64,000 nucleotides of DNA from NCBI GenBank assembly GCA_943788835.1, contig CALSRU010000001.1:2229-66228 (forward strand), given 5' to 3'. The notes beneath the pieces were generated by a model. That model saw nothing but the letters and a program-made list of their open reading frames with translations. It made no database searches and was not told where the DNA came from. The position numbers were made by a program, and so were the translations under genes. Positions 11,203 through 22,579 of this stretch are shown one piece after another. Every line of letters begins with the position of its first letter. Position 1 is the stretch's first letter. The DNA is from an uncultured Pseudomonadales bacterium (GTDB lineage: Bacteria > Pseudomonadota > Gammaproteobacteria > Pseudomonadales > UBA7434).

Positions 11203-11388
11203 CTAGTTTAAAACGTACAATAATCCTACCCCTATGAGCATACTAACAAAGCCGGCCATGCGGATTTGACGCTCTTGAAGGGCAAGTAAACTTTGTATTG
11301 TCTGACGCCAAATTCGTGGCGAAAGGAATGGCAGCATGCCTTCTAGCACGAGGACCAAACAAGCAGCAACAATCAATTCTTGTAACAT
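11203..11388 (-). CDS. DUF2065-family small membrane protein
   Basis: Two hydrophobic helices (MLQELIVAACLVLVLEGMLPF... FVSMLIGVGLLYVL). Conserved slot between hflC and hisZ. Start moved to ATG 11388; the track gives 11421. Confidence 0.6.
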   Translation of the reverse strand: MLQELIVAACLVLVLEGMLPFLSPRIWRQTIQSLLALQERQIRMAGFVSMLIGVGLLYVLN

Positions 11389-11485
11389 AGAGTTCCCGTC
11401 ATGAAAGTTGGCTGCGCTCAACTCCCGCTAGTTTACCTATCTTGGCGGCGGGATGCTGCCGCATAAATCACTTTTAATCAAACGT

Positions 11486-11511
11486 AAAAAAGCCGGGCAG
11501 TCTGCCCGGCT
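11486..11511 (-). terminator. Rho-independent terminator after hflC
   Basis: 9-bp perfect stem AGCCGGGCA/TGCCCGGCT with a 3-nt loop, followed on the minus strand by TTTTT. Confidence 0.65.
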
Positions 11512-11533
11512 TAAAAAGCTTGCTTAGTTGCCG

Positions 11534-12406
11534 CTATTTACCATCGATATTATTCAAATAGCGAAAAAAATCACTATCTGGATCGACCAGTAAAATATCG
11601 CCTTTGTTCGAAAAAGAGCTCTTGTAGGCATTCAAACGGCGCGTAAATGCGTAAAACTCGCTGTCTTTGTTGTAAGCATCGGCATAAATAGCCGCGCCCT
11701 TAGCATCGCCAGCGCCGCGGGTTTCTTCAGCCTCGCGGTAAGCTTCCGCCTCTAACACAACCTTTTCACGGTCGGCATCGGCCCTGATTTTTTCAGCCAA
11801 TTCCAAGCCCTCAGAGCGATATTGACGGGCTTCTTTTTCTCGGTTAGTCCGCATCCGGTCAAACACCGCCGAGCGTACCTCTTGCGGAATATCGATACGC
11901 TTAACACGCACATCGATAATCTCTACGCCCAACTCTGCACGGGTAGACTCATCAAGACCCTCGGTCAAATCAGCCATCATCTGGTCACGCTCACCCGAGA
12001 CAACTTCATGCAGCGTGCGCTTGCCGATTTCATTACGCAAATTGTCGTTCACTCGGTTAGCAAGCAACACCTTAGCCTGCTCTTCATTGGCACTCGTGGA
12101 CTTGTAGTAAGTGCCGACATCATACACACGCCACTTTACGTAAGAATCGACTTCAAGACGCTTCTCTTCTTGCGTATAAAAGCTGGCAGGCTTTGCATCA
12201 AAGGTAAGCAAACGACGATCAACCTTACGGATATCGTCAGCGAACGGGATCTTGAAGTGCAAACCCGGCTCGATTCCTGACTCAACCAATTGACCAAAAC
12301 GTAATTTAATAGCGGTTTCAGTTTCAATGATTCGATAAACAGAACTGGAAATAGCCAGTAATATGAGCGCTATAACGAGTGCTATCATGGGTAGTCTATT
12401 TGACAT
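11534..12406 (-). CDS. hflC: FtsH protease modulator HflC (SPFH/band-7)
   Basis: 290 aa with an N-terminal TM helix and an SPFH domain. Its ATG overlaps the hflK stop (TAATG). Confidence 0.93.
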   Translation of the reverse strand: MSNRLPMIALVIALILLAISSSVYRIIETETAIKLRFGQLVESGIEPGLHFKIPFADDIRKVDRRLLTFDAKPASFYTQEEKRLEVDSYVKWRVYDVGTYYKSTSANEEQAKVLLANRVNDNLRNEIGKRTLHEVVSGERDQMMADLTEGLDESTRAELGVEIIDVRVKRIDIPQEVRSAVFDRMRTNREKEARQYRSEGLELAEKIRADADREKVVLEAEAYREAEETRGAGDAKGAAIYADAYNKDSEFYAFTRRLNAYKSSFSNKGDILLVDPDSDFFRYLNNIDGK

Positions 12407-13587
12407 TATCGACCCTCCGAACGGGTAGTTCGCGACTGTTCACGCCGCAGTTGATCGAGCACTTCGCGTGCAATTTTGCCCGCAAGATCCGGCTCTGCAG
12501 ATGCTGCTCGGCTCGATGCCGCGCTCTGCGAAGCCAATTTATCGAGAGGCAGATACATCATATTGTTGCCTCCTTCAACGTCGACCAAAACCTTAGAGGA
12601 ATTGCCCATAACGGTTTCCATAGCATCTAAGTAGAGTCGCTCGCGCGTCACTTCTGGCGCTTTGCGATACTCAGCGTAAAGCAACTCAAAGCGCTCTGCA
12701 TTACCCATAGCCTCAGCAATGACTCGATCACGATAACCGACAGCCTCTTGTAAAATTCGCTGCGATTTACCGCGAGCCTCAGGGACAACCCCATTAGCAT
12801 AAGCTTGCGCTTCGTTTACAAACCGCTCTTTGTCCTCTTTTGCCGCAATAACATCATCAAAGGCTGACTTCACTGCCGAGGGCGGCTCAGCTTTCAATAA
12901 GTTTACGGTAGTGATAGCGATCCCTGTTTCATATAAATCCAGGTAAGTCTGCAAGCGAACTTTGGTCTCTTGTGCCATAACTTGGCGACCTTCAGACAAA
13001 ACGGCGCTCGACTTGGTACTACCCACCACGTGCCGCAAAGCGCTATCTGTAGCGTGGCGTAAGCTCGTAATAGGATCACGAACATTGAGGACGAATGCTT
13101 TAGGATCGGGGATATTGTATTGCACCGAGATTGGCACCTCGACAATATTTTCATCTTCCGTCAGCATTAACCCACGCGCAGAATAGTCCTGCTCTTGAGT
13201 CACCAAAACAGTGAAGCGCTGATCGATAAGAACCGGATTCCAATGCAAGCCAGGACCCAAAGTTTCATGGTATTTGCCTAAGCGCAAAACTACGGCACGC
13301 TCTTTTTCATCCACCTGATAAACACCGGCAAATAGCCACACGGCTAAAAGAACCGCGACTAGCAAACCCACTAAACCGGCAGACAATTGTGGCGCTCCAG
13401 ACTTGCCCGAACCGCCGCCCGAACCACCACGCTTACCGCCAAAAATACCCCGCAGCTGATCGCGCATCTTATTCAGCGCCTCATCCAAATCGGGCGGACC
13501 CTGATCAGGACTGCTCCAGGGATCTCCTTTACGTCGATCGTCATCGCGATCATCACCGGAGTTTAATACCGGTATATTACGAGCCAT
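12406..13587 (-). CDS. hflK: FtsH protease modulator HflK (SPFH/band-7)
   Basis: 393 aa with a Gly-rich N-terminus, a TM helix and an SPFH domain. Lies directly upstream of hflC. Confidence 0.93.
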   Translation of the reverse strand: MARNIPVLNSGDDRDDDRRKGDPWSSPDQGPPDLDEALNKMRDQLRGIFGGKRGGSGGGSGKSGAPQLSAGLVGLLVAVLLAVWLFAGVYQVDEKERAVVLRLGKYHETLGPGLHWNPVLIDQRFTVLVTQEQDYSARGLMLTEDENIVEVPISVQYNIPDPKAFVLNVRDPITSLRHATDSALRHVVGSTKSSAVLSEGRQVMAQETKVRLQTYLDLYETGIAITTVNLLKAEPPSAVKSAFDDVIAAKEDKERFVNEAQAYANGVVPEARGKSQRILQEAVGYRDRVIAEAMGNAERFELLYAEYRKAPEVTRERLYLDAMETVMGNSSKVLVDVEGGNNMMYLPLDKLASQSAASSRAASAEPDLAGKIAREVLDQLRREQSRTTRSEGR

Positions 13588-13842
13588 CAGCTACCCCACC
13601 TTCAATAGAACAATTTAAAACAATAAATCAGTAAAACAGTAAAACAGTACAATGCTGTTCAGCAACGCTGCTCTACCAAACAGAAAAACCAGAACATTAG
13701 CCTTTGCAGCTCAGCAACCAATCACGACACACCGTCTGAGCGGACAACGCCGATGATTGTAGCAAAAACACGAGCGGTTTTTAGAATAACCACCCTTGAA
13801 TCTTCACAAAACGCGGCAACAACCTCCGCAAAGGCGCGCCAA

Positions 13843-15216
13843 CTAGCCGCTGGGCGGCCAACTGATCCCGGCTTCCTCGAGCAACCGCTGCAATGCGATG
13901 GCTCGATGGCAAATAACTAATTCATAGCTGCCATCATCACTTATTCGCTCAGACTGCACAGCGCCCTCGGCGTACAATTTGGCGCGTAATCTAGCCTGCG
14001 CCGCAGCCAGCTGTAACGTGCCTCGCCATATGTTGGCGTCAAGCGAACCGGCAACGCCGGTTAACAGTTCTGGCATGCCTGCACCAGTCTGAGCCGACAA
14101 CCAAATCTTGCGCGGCCTCAAATTCTCACCCGACCGTTCATCAATGGCCTCATTAAGAGGCGTTGCTCCGGCCAACAAATCGACTTTATTCATCACCTGA
14201 ATTCGCGGCAGGTCCATCGCGCCGATCTCTGCCAAGACCTCCTCTACCGCATCAATTTGGCCCTGCATGTCAGCCGCCGATGCGTCAATAACATGCAACA
14301 ATAAATCAGCTTGAGCCGCTTCCTCTAAGGTCGCCTTGAAGGCATCGACTAACTGATGCGGTAAATCACTCACAAAGCCAACCGTGTCGGCCAAAATTAT
14401 CTTGCCAAATGAGGGCAGATCAAACGAACGCATAGTGGTATCAAGCGTTGCAAATAACTGATCTTTAACCAGTACACCGGCTGAAGTGACCGCATTAAAT
14501 AAGGTCGACTTGCCCGCGTTGGTATAGCCCACCAACGCAATAGTCGGTAGTTCAGCGCGCGAGCGGGCGCGCCGTCCTTGATCATGCTGAGCGTTAACCT
14601 TCGCCAATCGACGCTTGATAGCTGTAATACGCACTTGCAGCAGACGTCGATCAGTTTCAAGCTGAGACTCGCCCGGGCCGCGGATGCCAATGCCACCTTG
14701 CTGGCGCTCAAGGTGTGTCCAGCCGCGCACTAAACGGGTAGAAATATGTTCCAACTGCGCCAACTCAACTTGCAACTTGCCAATATGACTTCGCGCACGC
14801 TGAGCAAAAATATCAAGAATAAGACCGGTGCGATCAATGACTTTGCACTCGAGCTCTTTTTCCAAGTTGCGCTCTTGCGACGGACTCAGCGTGTGATTAA
14901 ATAACGCTACATCAATATCATTGGCTTTGACTAAGTCAGCCAATTCATCAACCTTGCCCGAACCAATCAATAGCCGCGGTGAAGGGTCCTTGCGCTGCAT
15001 ACTCGCCAGATAAATAGGGCTAATGCCTGCTGCCCGCACAAGATCAACAAACTCGTCAACGGAGCCATCACTGGAAGCGCAGCGCCCGAGCTCATTGTTT
15101 GAGTCGCTCGCCACCGTACGCTTGGCCGCGGAGTGCTTCTTAAATGAACCTGTGAATGAGCAATGCACCAGCAGTGCTCGCTCGCCGGCCTCTGGTCGAT
15201 CAAAGAACAACGGCAA
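13843..15216 (-). CDS. hflX: GTPase HflX
   Basis: 457 aa. Has IDRTGLILDIFAQRA, GYTNAGKSTLFN, DTVGF and NKVD. Apparent TTG start. Confidence 0.93.
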   Translation of the reverse strand: MPLFFDRPEAGERALLVHCSFTGSFKKHSAAKRTVASDSNNELGRCASSDGSVDEFVDLVRAAGISPIYLASMQRKDPSPRLLIGSGKVDELADLVKANDIDVALFNHTLSPSQERNLEKELECKVIDRTGLILDIFAQRARSHIGKLQVELAQLEHISTRLVRGWTHLERQQGGIGIRGPGESQLETDRRLLQVRITAIKRRLAKVNAQHDQGRRARSRAELPTIALVGYTNAGKSTLFNAVTSAGVLVKDQLFATLDTTMRSFDLPSFGKIILADTVGFVSDLPHQLVDAFKATLEEAAQADLLLHVIDASAADMQGQIDAVEEVLAEIGAMDLPRIQVMNKVDLLAGATPLNEAIDERSGENLRPRKIWLSAQTGAGMPELLTGVAGSLDANIWRGTLQLAAAQARLRAKLYAEGAVQSERISDDGSYELVICHRAIALQRLLEEAGISWPPSG

Positions 15217-15349
15217 CCTCGCACTTGAGAGGTAAAAGTCTTATCGTCAACATAAACCCTGCCTTATCAATGGTACCTGCAGTAACCTGCAGACGTAATT
15301 GCGCCGCAGCTTGCACCAGCCTGCCAAGTAACCATCGCTAAGTGAGGGC

Positions 15350-15607
15350 TTACTCGCTATCGTCGGATTCTTCTTCGTCGCCTGGATGCTGCATTGGCAG
15401 GCGTACATTGCGGCCTGGCACCACCGTAGAGACGGCGTGCTTGTAGACCATCTGGCTAACAGTATTTTTTAATAAAATAACAAACTGATCAAAAGACTCG
15501 ATTTGCCCTTGAAGCTTTATTCCATTAACCAAGTAAATAGAAACGGGGACGCGCTCTTTGCGCAATAAGTTCAGGTAAGGGTCCTGCAGCGTTTGTCCTT
15601 TGGACAT
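15350..15607 (-). CDS. hfq: RNA chaperone Hfq
   Basis: 85 aa with the sequence [40 protein letters not shown]. Confidence 0.97.
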   Translation of the reverse strand: MSKGQTLQDPYLNLLRKERVPVSIYLVNGIKLQGQIESFDQFVILLKNTVSQMVYKHAVSTVVPGRNVRLPMQHPGDEEESDDSE

Positions 15608-15905
15608 GGTGGATCTCCCAAAAATAGTGGGGTTTAAGAAATTGTCCGAAATAACACCGGACCAATGGTTTGCTCCCAGCCTGCCTTGACAAAAATCGTC
15701 TGGACCAACACGATCCGGCTACTTATTTGATGCTTAATACACTCAGCCCATTAACCACTGCCCATTTTTACGAGCCGGCGGTTAAGACACAATGAAGCAA
15801 AAACATAAAACTCTGGAAAAATACGGCCGTACTACTATGACAAAAGAAGACCTAGCTTCATCATTTCACAAGCCGACACAGTCATTATACACATAGACAG
15901 CGCGT

Positions 15906-16895
15906 TCATCGCACTAGTTCACGAAGTAGTCGGTCAATTTTTGACAAATTAGCGGCATCAATCCCACTACATGCCCCCTTCTCATGGAAGTCGACTTCGA
16001 GCTTATTTAGCTCTGGCCACTTTCTTAACCAGGTAAACTGCCGCTTAGCCAACTGACGTGTAGCAGCGATTCCACTTGCACGCATTTGCTCACGATCAAT
16101 AAGCCCCGCGAGATAAAGCCATAACTGACGATAACCCACCGCTCGCATCGATGGCATCGTTTCGGTAAGAGCATACTGCTTTTGCAAATGCTCCAGCTCT
16201 TCAACAAACCCCATTGCCAGCATTTGATCAAAGCGTAATTCAATACGTTGATGTAATTGCGCCCGATGACTCGGCCACAGACCCAGCTGCACCACTTTAT
16301 AAGGCAATTCACTCGCCGCTTGCTGCGCCTGCAACACTGACATCGGCTGGCCGCTTACGTAATAAACTTCCAGAGCTCTCTGTATGCGCTGAGAGTGATT
16401 CGGATGTAACTGCGCAGCCATATCAGGATCAATTAGTCGCAATTTTTCGTGCATCGCCGGCCATCCCATCTGCGCAGCCTCATCGAGCACCCGCTGACGC
16501 ACATCCTCTTGGGTGGCTGGCAAATCGGCCAAACCCTCAAGCAGCGCCTTAAAGTACAACATCGTTCCACCCACCAAGAGTGGGATATTGCCCCGCGACG
16601 TTATCTCAGCCATCTCAGACAACGCATCGCGTCTAAAATCAGCCGCTGAATAACCTTGATCAGGGTCGCGTATGTTGATAAGCGCGTGCGGCAGCCGATT
16701 TAAAAAATCCGCATCGGGCTTGGCCGTGCCTATATCCATGCCACGATATACGAGCGCCGAATCGACACTAATAACTTCGAAAGAGGCTCGCTCAGCGAGG
16801 CTAAGAGCCAAGTCTGTTTTCCCGCTGGCCGTCGGGCCCAACAAAAAAACCGCTGGCGGCTTATCGAGGTCGTTAGTACCCGGCATGAAAGGCAT
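15906..16895 (-). CDS. miaA: tRNA dimethylallyltransferase
   Basis: Has the P-loop GPTASGKT and [18 protein letters not shown]. The track ORF starts at GTG 16931, overlapping mutL. ATG 16895 (or 16886) fits the family N-terminus better. Confidence 0.92.
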   Translation of the reverse strand: MPFMPGTNDLDKPPAVFLLGPTASGKTDLALSLAERASFEVISVDSALVYRGMDIGTAKPDADFLNRLPHALINIRDPDQGYSAADFRRDALSEMAEITSRGNIPLLVGGTMLYFKALLEGLADLPATQEDVRQRVLDEAAQMGWPAMHEKLRLIDPDMAAQLHPNHSQRIQRALEVYYVSGQPMSVLQAQQAASELPYKVVQLGLWPSHRAQLHQRIELRFDQMLAMGFVEELEHLQKQYALTETMPSMRAVGYRQLWLYLAGLIDREQMRASGIAATRQLAKRQFTWLRKWPELNKLEVDFHEKGACSGIDAANLSKIDRLLRELVR

Positions 16896-16920
16896 ATTGG
16901 AATTTTTCAAAATAACGCAC

Positions 16921-18795
16921 TCAGCGACCACGCAAAAACAATTTATCGAGCTCAGCCAAGCTCATCGCAGTCCAAGTGGGACGACCATGATTACACTGCC
17001 CGCTTCGCTCAGTTGCCTCCATGTCGCGCAACAATGCATTCATTTCGGGAATGGTCAAACGTCGATTAGCGCGCACTGAGCCGTGGCAAGCCATGGTCGA
17101 TAAAATATCATCCATACTATTAGCAATACGCTCACTACTACCATGTTCCAGTAAATCTGCAATCACATCGCGCAACAACTGCTCGGTATTGGCATCAGCC
17201 AAGATAACCGGCATTTCACGCACAATAATATTTTCATCACCCATCCTCTGGAGAGCAAAACCAAGACGATGAAAAACATCGGCGTGCAATTCCGCGCAAT
17301 CAACTTCTTTTTGACTCAATTGGAGTGACTGAGGCACGAGTAACGGTTGCGACTGCAGCGTCGACTCTTGATGCGCAGTTTTCATTCGCTCATAAATAAT
17401 TCGCTCATGAGCCGCATGCATATCGACAACGATTAGCCCCTCAACATTTTCAGCCAAAATATAGACACCTTTTAATTGCGCCAAAGCATAACCTAACGGT
17501 GGCACTTGCTCGGCGTCTAGACCGCCATCAATACTGGCAACATTATTCAGGCCGCCATTCGCATCAGAACCATTAAATAGACGCTGCAATGCCGAGTGCT
17601 GCCGATCTCCGGAAGCCGAACTATAGCCGCCGCCCCCCTGCCTAAATGGCGCATAACCGGGATTCGCCGCTTCGCCTAAATTCAAGCCCGACTGAGCGTA
17701 AGAGCCTGCCGCTGCACTGTTGACTGGCCAGCCACCTGCATTGCCCAACGAAGCATCGCCTTGTTGAGCATTCTCAAGAACACTCTCGGGGCGAACATCA
17801 GCCAGCGTTTTGTGTAGGTTACGATAAATGAAATCATGAACGCGACGACTGTCGCGAAAACGCACTTCATGCTTGGCAGGATGCACGTTCACATCCACGT
17901 CAGCAGGGTCTAACGTTAAATAAAGCACGAAGGCCGGCTGGCGCCCATGAAACAATACATCTCGGTAGGCCTGCCGCACGGCATGACCAATCACTTTATC
18001 TTTAACCACGCGGCCATTAACAAAAAAATATTGCATATCGGCTTGGCTGCGTGAAAACTCAGGCTTTGCAATCCAGCCCTGTAACTGATAACCGTCCCGC
18101 TCGATAACTAAATGCAATGCACTGTCAATAAATGGCTGACCCAACAACTTAGCCAGGCGCTGCTCTTGATCCAGCCGCGCGCTGCACGCTCGCAAAGCAT
18201 AAATTGCCTTACCGTTATGAATAAGTTCGAAAGCACTGTCAAAAGCTGCCAGCGCATTGCGTCGAAAAACCTCTTCCAAATGATTATATTCGGTTTTTTC
18301 AGTACGCAAAAACTTGCGCCGCGCGGGTGTATTAAAAAACAAATCTTTGACTTCTACTGTTGTACCGCGTGGACGAGCAACGGGCTTTAACACCACGTCC
18401 ATTTCTCGCCCCGAAGACATCGCCTCCCAAGCTTGCGAGGCGATATCGGTGGCATTACTCATAAGCCGTAAGCGTGACACTGAACTTATGCTAGCCAACG
18501 CCTCGCCTCTAAAGCCCAGCGTTGCCACCGCATCAAGATCGTCAAGTTCAACTATTTTGCTAGTGGCATGGGAATCAAGCGCCAAGGCCATATCATCGCT
18601 CGCAATACCACTACCGTTGTCACGCACCAGTACCCGCTTGGTACCACCAGCATCAATCTCGACTTCTATTTTTGACGCTTTGGCATCAAGGCTATTTTCA
18701 ATTAATTCTTTGAGCACCGATGCGGGGCGATCTACCACCTCGCCAGCAGCAATTTGATTAGCCAAACGCGTACCGAGTTTTTGTATTTTTGCCAT
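16921..18795 (-). CDS. mutL: DNA mismatch repair endonuclease MutL
   Basis: 624 aa with the GHKL N-terminus [27 protein letters not shown]. Confidence 0.95.
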   Translation of the reverse strand: MAKIQKLGTRLANQIAAGEVVDRPASVLKELIENSLDAKASKIEVEIDAGGTKRVLVRDNGSGIASDDMALALDSHATSKIVELDDLDAVATLGFRGEALASISSVSRLRLMSNATDIASQAWEAMSSGREMDVVLKPVARPRGTTVEVKDLFFNTPARRKFLRTEKTEYNHLEEVFRRNALAAFDSAFELIHNGKAIYALRACSARLDQEQRLAKLLGQPFIDSALHLVIERDGYQLQGWIAKPEFSRSQADMQYFFVNGRVVKDKVIGHAVRQAYRDVLFHGRQPAFVLYLTLDPADVDVNVHPAKHEVRFRDSRRVHDFIYRNLHKTLADVRPESVLENAQQGDASLGNAGGWPVNSAAAGSYAQSGLNLGEAANPGYAPFRQGGGGYSSASGDRQHSALQRLFNGSDANGGLNNVASIDGGLDAEQVPPLGYALAQLKGVYILAENVEGLIVVDMHAAHERIIYERMKTAHQESTLQSQPLLVPQSLQLSQKEVDCAELHADVFHRLGFALQRMGDENIIVREMPVILADANTEQLLRDVIADLLEHGSSERIANSMDDILSTMACHGSVRANRRLTIPEMNALLRDMEATERSGQCNHGRPTWTAMSLAELDKLFLRGR

Positions 18796-18814
18796 GTGCC
18801 AGTAACCAAGTTGT

Positions 18815-20215
18815 TCAGGTGCGAGGTGGAATTTTTAAAACTTGTCCAATGCGGATCTTGTCATTTTTAAGTTTGTTGTAGCGACGTAATTCTGCCAGGG
18901 AAACAGAATTCTTCATCGCCACTCCAGACAAAGTATCTCCGCGCTGTATTTTGTAGGTTGAGCTATTTTGTTTAGCATAGCCGGTGCTTTTAATGGGTTT
19001 GTTTTTCTGCCAATAGACCCACGTTCCTTCGGTGGCATACTTTGCATAGTAGTCGACCACACCGTTAACAATAGCTCGGCTCAAATTTCGTTGATGCGAC
19101 CGAGAAGCTAGTCGCTTCGCCTCTTTGGAGTTCGATATAAAACCCGTTTCAATTAACACCGAAGGAATATCGGGCGACTTCAATACAGCAAATCCAGCAT
19201 GCTCAACATTTTTCTTATGCAGCTTGACAAGCCCACCAAGCCCTCCAAGAATATCCTGTGCAACTCGCTTACTAGAATCGCGCGTTGACTGCATACTCAT
19301 ATCCAATAAAACACTGGTAAGCAAATCATCTTTATCGGATAAATCAACACCGCCAATGCGGTCAGCTTTGTTTTCAGTATCCGCCAAAAAGCGCGCCGAG
19401 GTGCTAGAGGCGCCATTTTTTGACAACGTATACACGGAGCTTCCGCTAACTCTTTTGTCAGTGAATGCATCAGCATGAATTGAAATAAACAAATCTGCGC
19501 GATGCTCCCTAGCAATAGCTTGCCGCTTTTTCAAGCCCACGTAATAATCGCCATCACGCACGAGTACTGCTCGATATCCCTGCCGAGCATCAAACAATTT
19601 TTTTGTTTCACGTGCGATAGCCAACACGACATTCTTTTCAAGTACGCGCTTGGGCCCAAGCGCGCCAGGGTCCTCACCACCGTGCCCCGCATCAATTGCA
19701 ATAATTAAATCGCGCTGTCCCTGCTCACGATCTGCCATTTTAACGACCACTGACTCGGGCTTTGATTTTGATTCTGGATCATAGAGATCAATCACCACGC
19801 GATGGCTAATTTGGCTATTGGCTACCAGTGAAAAGGCTTTAGGCTTCACTTTACTGCGCATATCAAAAACGACACGATAGCCGCCGCCGGCTTTGACAGC
19901 ACCACGAATTTTTTTGATTGGCGAATTCTGCAGATCAACATCACCCCAACTAAAGCCTCGCAAATTAATCGGCCCCGCATCGTTGCGCAAATCAACAACG
20001 ACACGATCAGGCTTCGGCAAACTAAACACTTTATGAGTGATGGGCGCAGACAGCTCGAAGACTACGCGCGTATGATCAGGAGCGCGCCATACACGAACTG
20101 CTTCAAGCCGAGCGGCACTGTCAGCCATGACAGGCTGCGCCGCGCCAGACAGCAACCCAAACAAGAGCAGGGGCGCCTGCAACGCAAAAAGAACATATTT
20201 GATATAGGCCATCAT
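18815..20215 (-). CDS. amiB: N-acetylmuramoyl-L-alanine amidase with C-terminal LysM domain
   Basis: Has the Amidase_3 motif [13 protein letters not shown] and the LysM motif [16 protein letters not shown]...IGQVLKIP. A signal peptide begins at [23 protein letters not shown] 20215 overlaps the tsaE stop (ATGA); the track start is 20278. Confidence 0.9.
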   Translation of the reverse strand: MMAYIKYVLFALQAPLLLFGLLSGAAQPVMADSAARLEAVRVWRAPDHTRVVFELSAPITHKVFSLPKPDRVVVDLRNDAGPINLRGFSWGDVDLQNSPIKKIRGAVKAGGGYRVVFDMRSKVKPKAFSLVANSQISHRVVIDLYDPESKSKPESVVVKMADREQGQRDLIIAIDAGHGGEDPGALGPKRVLEKNVVLAIARETKKLFDARQGYRAVLVRDGDYYVGLKKRQAIAREHRADLFISIHADAFTDKRVSGSSVYTLSKNGASSTSARFLADTENKADRIGGVDLSDKDDLLTSVLLDMSMQSTRDSSKRVAQDILGGLGGLVKLHKKNVEHAGFAVLKSPDIPSVLIETGFISNSKEAKRLASRSHQRNLSRAIVNGVVDYYAKYATEGTWVYWQKNKPIKSTGYAKQNSSTYKIQRGDTLSGVAMKNSVSLAELRRYNKLKNDKIRIGQVLKIPPRT

Positions 20216-20748
20216 TGGCACATTTGAACCTTCAATTTTTTTAAAATAGTTGTGCCACGCGGCGAGCCGGCCTGACACACAATTCTTCGGCCGTCGGGAA
20301 ATGAATAACTCCCATCATCACCGGCATTTTCGTTTTGATTCTTAGAAAAATAATCACTTAAAGACAGCGTCAGGTCCGGTTCCGGCGCGACACCTTCGCC
20401 ACGATCAGGCCACTCAAACAAACAAACGGCGGCAGGCTGTGAAAAATAGTCATCTACACCCAAAAATTCTAGTTCCTGAGCGTCCGATAAACGGTATAAA
20501 TCAAAGTGATAAATGGATCGGCCCGCAATGGTGTAGGGCTCTACCAGGGTGTAGGTCGGACTCTTAACTGCGCCGGTATGACCAAAGCCCTGCACAATAC
20601 CTCGGCACAAGGTTGTCTTGCCAGCACCTAAATCACCGCATAAATAAAGCGTGGCAGCATCCTCAGCAATTGCGTTAGAAATACACCGACCAAACGCGAT
20701 AGTTGCCTGCTCGTTAAGCATAATGTGCTCTAACTGTTGCGCGATCAT
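20212..20748 (-). CDS. tsaE: tRNA t6A37 biosynthesis ATPase TsaE (YjeE)
   Basis: Has the P-loop GDLGAGKTTLCRG and SPTYTLVEPY...HFDLYRL. Confidence 0.88.
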   Translation of the reverse strand: MIAQQLEHIMLNEQATIAFGRCISNAIAEDAATLYLCGDLGAGKTTLCRGIVQGFGHTGAVKSPTYTLVEPYTIAGRSIYHFDLYRLSDAQELEFLGVDDYFSQPAAVCLFEWPDRGEGVAPEPDLTLSLSDYFSKNQNENAGDDGSYSFPDGRRIVCQAGSPRGTTILKKLKVQMCQ

Positions 20749-20767
20749 ATGTCCCCACTCACACCCG

Positions 20768-22342
20768 TCATATCAACCGATTCAGTAACAGTATTAACTG
20801 CGCAGTCAAATCACCCGCCACCATACCGCGACTGCCATGACTTGCAACCCATTGATCAGCTGCCGCTCCATGCAAGCACACGCCCAACTCGGCTGCCACA
20901 TCAGTCGATAAACCCTGAGCTAACAAAGCACCAATCACACCACTCAATACATCGCCCGTACCTGCGGTAGCCAAAGCCTGATTACCATAACCGCACAAGC
21001 AAGTTCGATGCAGCGATGCCACGATAGTTCCCGGCCCCTTCAAGACGATGGTTTTTTGGTAGCGCTCTAATAAAGTAGCGGCCACGATGAAGCGATCCGT
21101 GAGCTGCTCAGGCAGCGGCATTGGTTCGGATGAATCTAACAAACGCCGCGCCTCCCCAACATGCGGTGTCAGAACCGCGTCAGCCACTGGCATTAGTGAT
21201 GGGTAGCGAGCCACTAAGTTAAGCGCATCGGCATCGATCACAAGCGGTGTTTTATCATTTTTACAACGCTGTAACAGTTGCTGAGACCAAGCACTTTGAC
21301 CCAGCCCAGGCCCTATGACCACAGCGCTCGCACGGTCAATTAATGCATCCAAATCAGCTGTTTTTTCAATGCCATGCGCCATCAGCTCAGGTTGCGCTGC
21401 AACAATAGCCGCCACGTGTTCAGGTCGCGTAGCCACACTAACCAAGCCTGCGCCGCAACGCAACGCATTACGCGCCGCCAAAAGTGGCGCGCCAGGCATA
21501 CCATAATCACCGCCAACGACTAATAGATGCCCTGAACGATTTTTATAATGATTACCATGACGCGCAGGCAGCACTGCGGCAAGCTCATCCAACTTCGCCA
21601 GATAAACGATGGCAGCCGTATCGGCACTAGCACGATGCTCCACCTCTAATGCCGTAAAAATCAACTCGCCGACGTGACAAGCCGCATCGCTGGTTAGCAA
21701 GCCTCGCTTCAAACCAATAAAGCTCACAGTAAGCGCAGCCTCTATAGCCACACTGCCCAGCACGTTGCCAGTGTCACTGCACAGACCGGAAGGCAGATCA
21801 ACGGAAATGATTGGTACAGACGCCGCGTTCATACGCGCAATAAGGTCAGCGCAATCAGCACGCAATTCGCCGGAGAGCCCCGTGCCCAGCAAAGCATCGA
21901 CAATTAATTCGCTGCCCGAAAAATCAACCGAGTCTACCTCTGCCAGTGTAACCGGCTGAATGCCATCGGCAATCAAAGCCTGGCGGGCAGTCGCTGCATC
22001 ACCGACTAGCGACTGACCCAACTCCAACACCGTAACGCCAATGCCTCGCTCATGCGCTAAACGGGCCAATAAATAGCCGTCACCGCCATTATTACCGCCA
22101 CCACAGCACACCAACACAGTTTTACAGTTCGGCCAGCAACGCTGTAATTCAGCCAAAACCGCGGCGGCGGCTCGGCGCATTAACACAATACCTGGAGTTC
22201 CTGCAGCAATAGCTCTACGGTCTAACGCTCGAACCTGTGCAGCGGTGTACAACTCATCCGGTAAGGCTGCCACAGTCGCCGCTCGCTCAGCGCAGTGTCG
22301 ACGCAATCGATTGCGCGGAGTATTGATGGTTGATATGTCCAC
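20768..22342 (-). CDS. nnr: Bifunctional NAD(P)H-hydrate epimerase/dehydratase (YjeF)
   Basis: N-terminal YjeF_N domain (GGGNNGGDGY) plus a C-terminal carbohydrate-kinase domain (GTGDVLSGVIGALLAQG). GTG 22342 has GGAGGA 6 nt upstream; the track start is TTG 22366. Confidence 0.9.
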   Translation of the reverse strand: MDISTINTPRNRLRRHCAERAATVAALPDELYTAAQVRALDRRAIAAGTPGIVLMRRAAAAVLAELQRCWPNCKTVLVCCGGGNNGGDGYLLARLAHERGIGVTVLELGQSLVGDAATARQALIADGIQPVTLAEVDSVDFSGSELIVDALLGTGLSGELRADCADLIARMNAASVPIISVDLPSGLCSDTGNVLGSVAIEAALTVSFIGLKRGLLTSDAACHVGELIFTALEVEHRASADTAAIVYLAKLDELAAVLPARHGNHYKNRSGHLLVVGGDYGMPGAPLLAARNALRCGAGLVSVATRPEHVAAIVAAQPELMAHGIEKTADLDALIDRASAVVIGPGLGQSAWSQQLLQRCKNDKTPLVIDADALNLVARYPSLMPVADAVLTPHVGEARRLLDSSEPMPLPEQLTDRFIVAATLLERYQKTIVLKGPGTIVASLHRTCLCGYGNQALATAGTGDVLSGVIGALLAQGLSTDVAAELGVCLHGAAADQWVASHGSRGMVAGDLTAQLILLLNRLI

Positions 22343-22579
22343 TGTAATCCTCCGCTTTGAGGTCAATTGCCGATCATTTTAAACAGCGCCGCAGGCCAAC
22401 TTGCATTACATGTTGCGTCACTTAGGCAGGTGCTGACTGAATTTTTCACACTGCGTAGGCTATTGGTGCAAGTAGTTACAAAAAGTGCCTGGTATAACGC
22501 TATTATACGAGCCATGCTCGACTCAACTCACTGTTTATTTGTGTGAAAGAAATGCCAATCTATCGACCCACAACACCTT

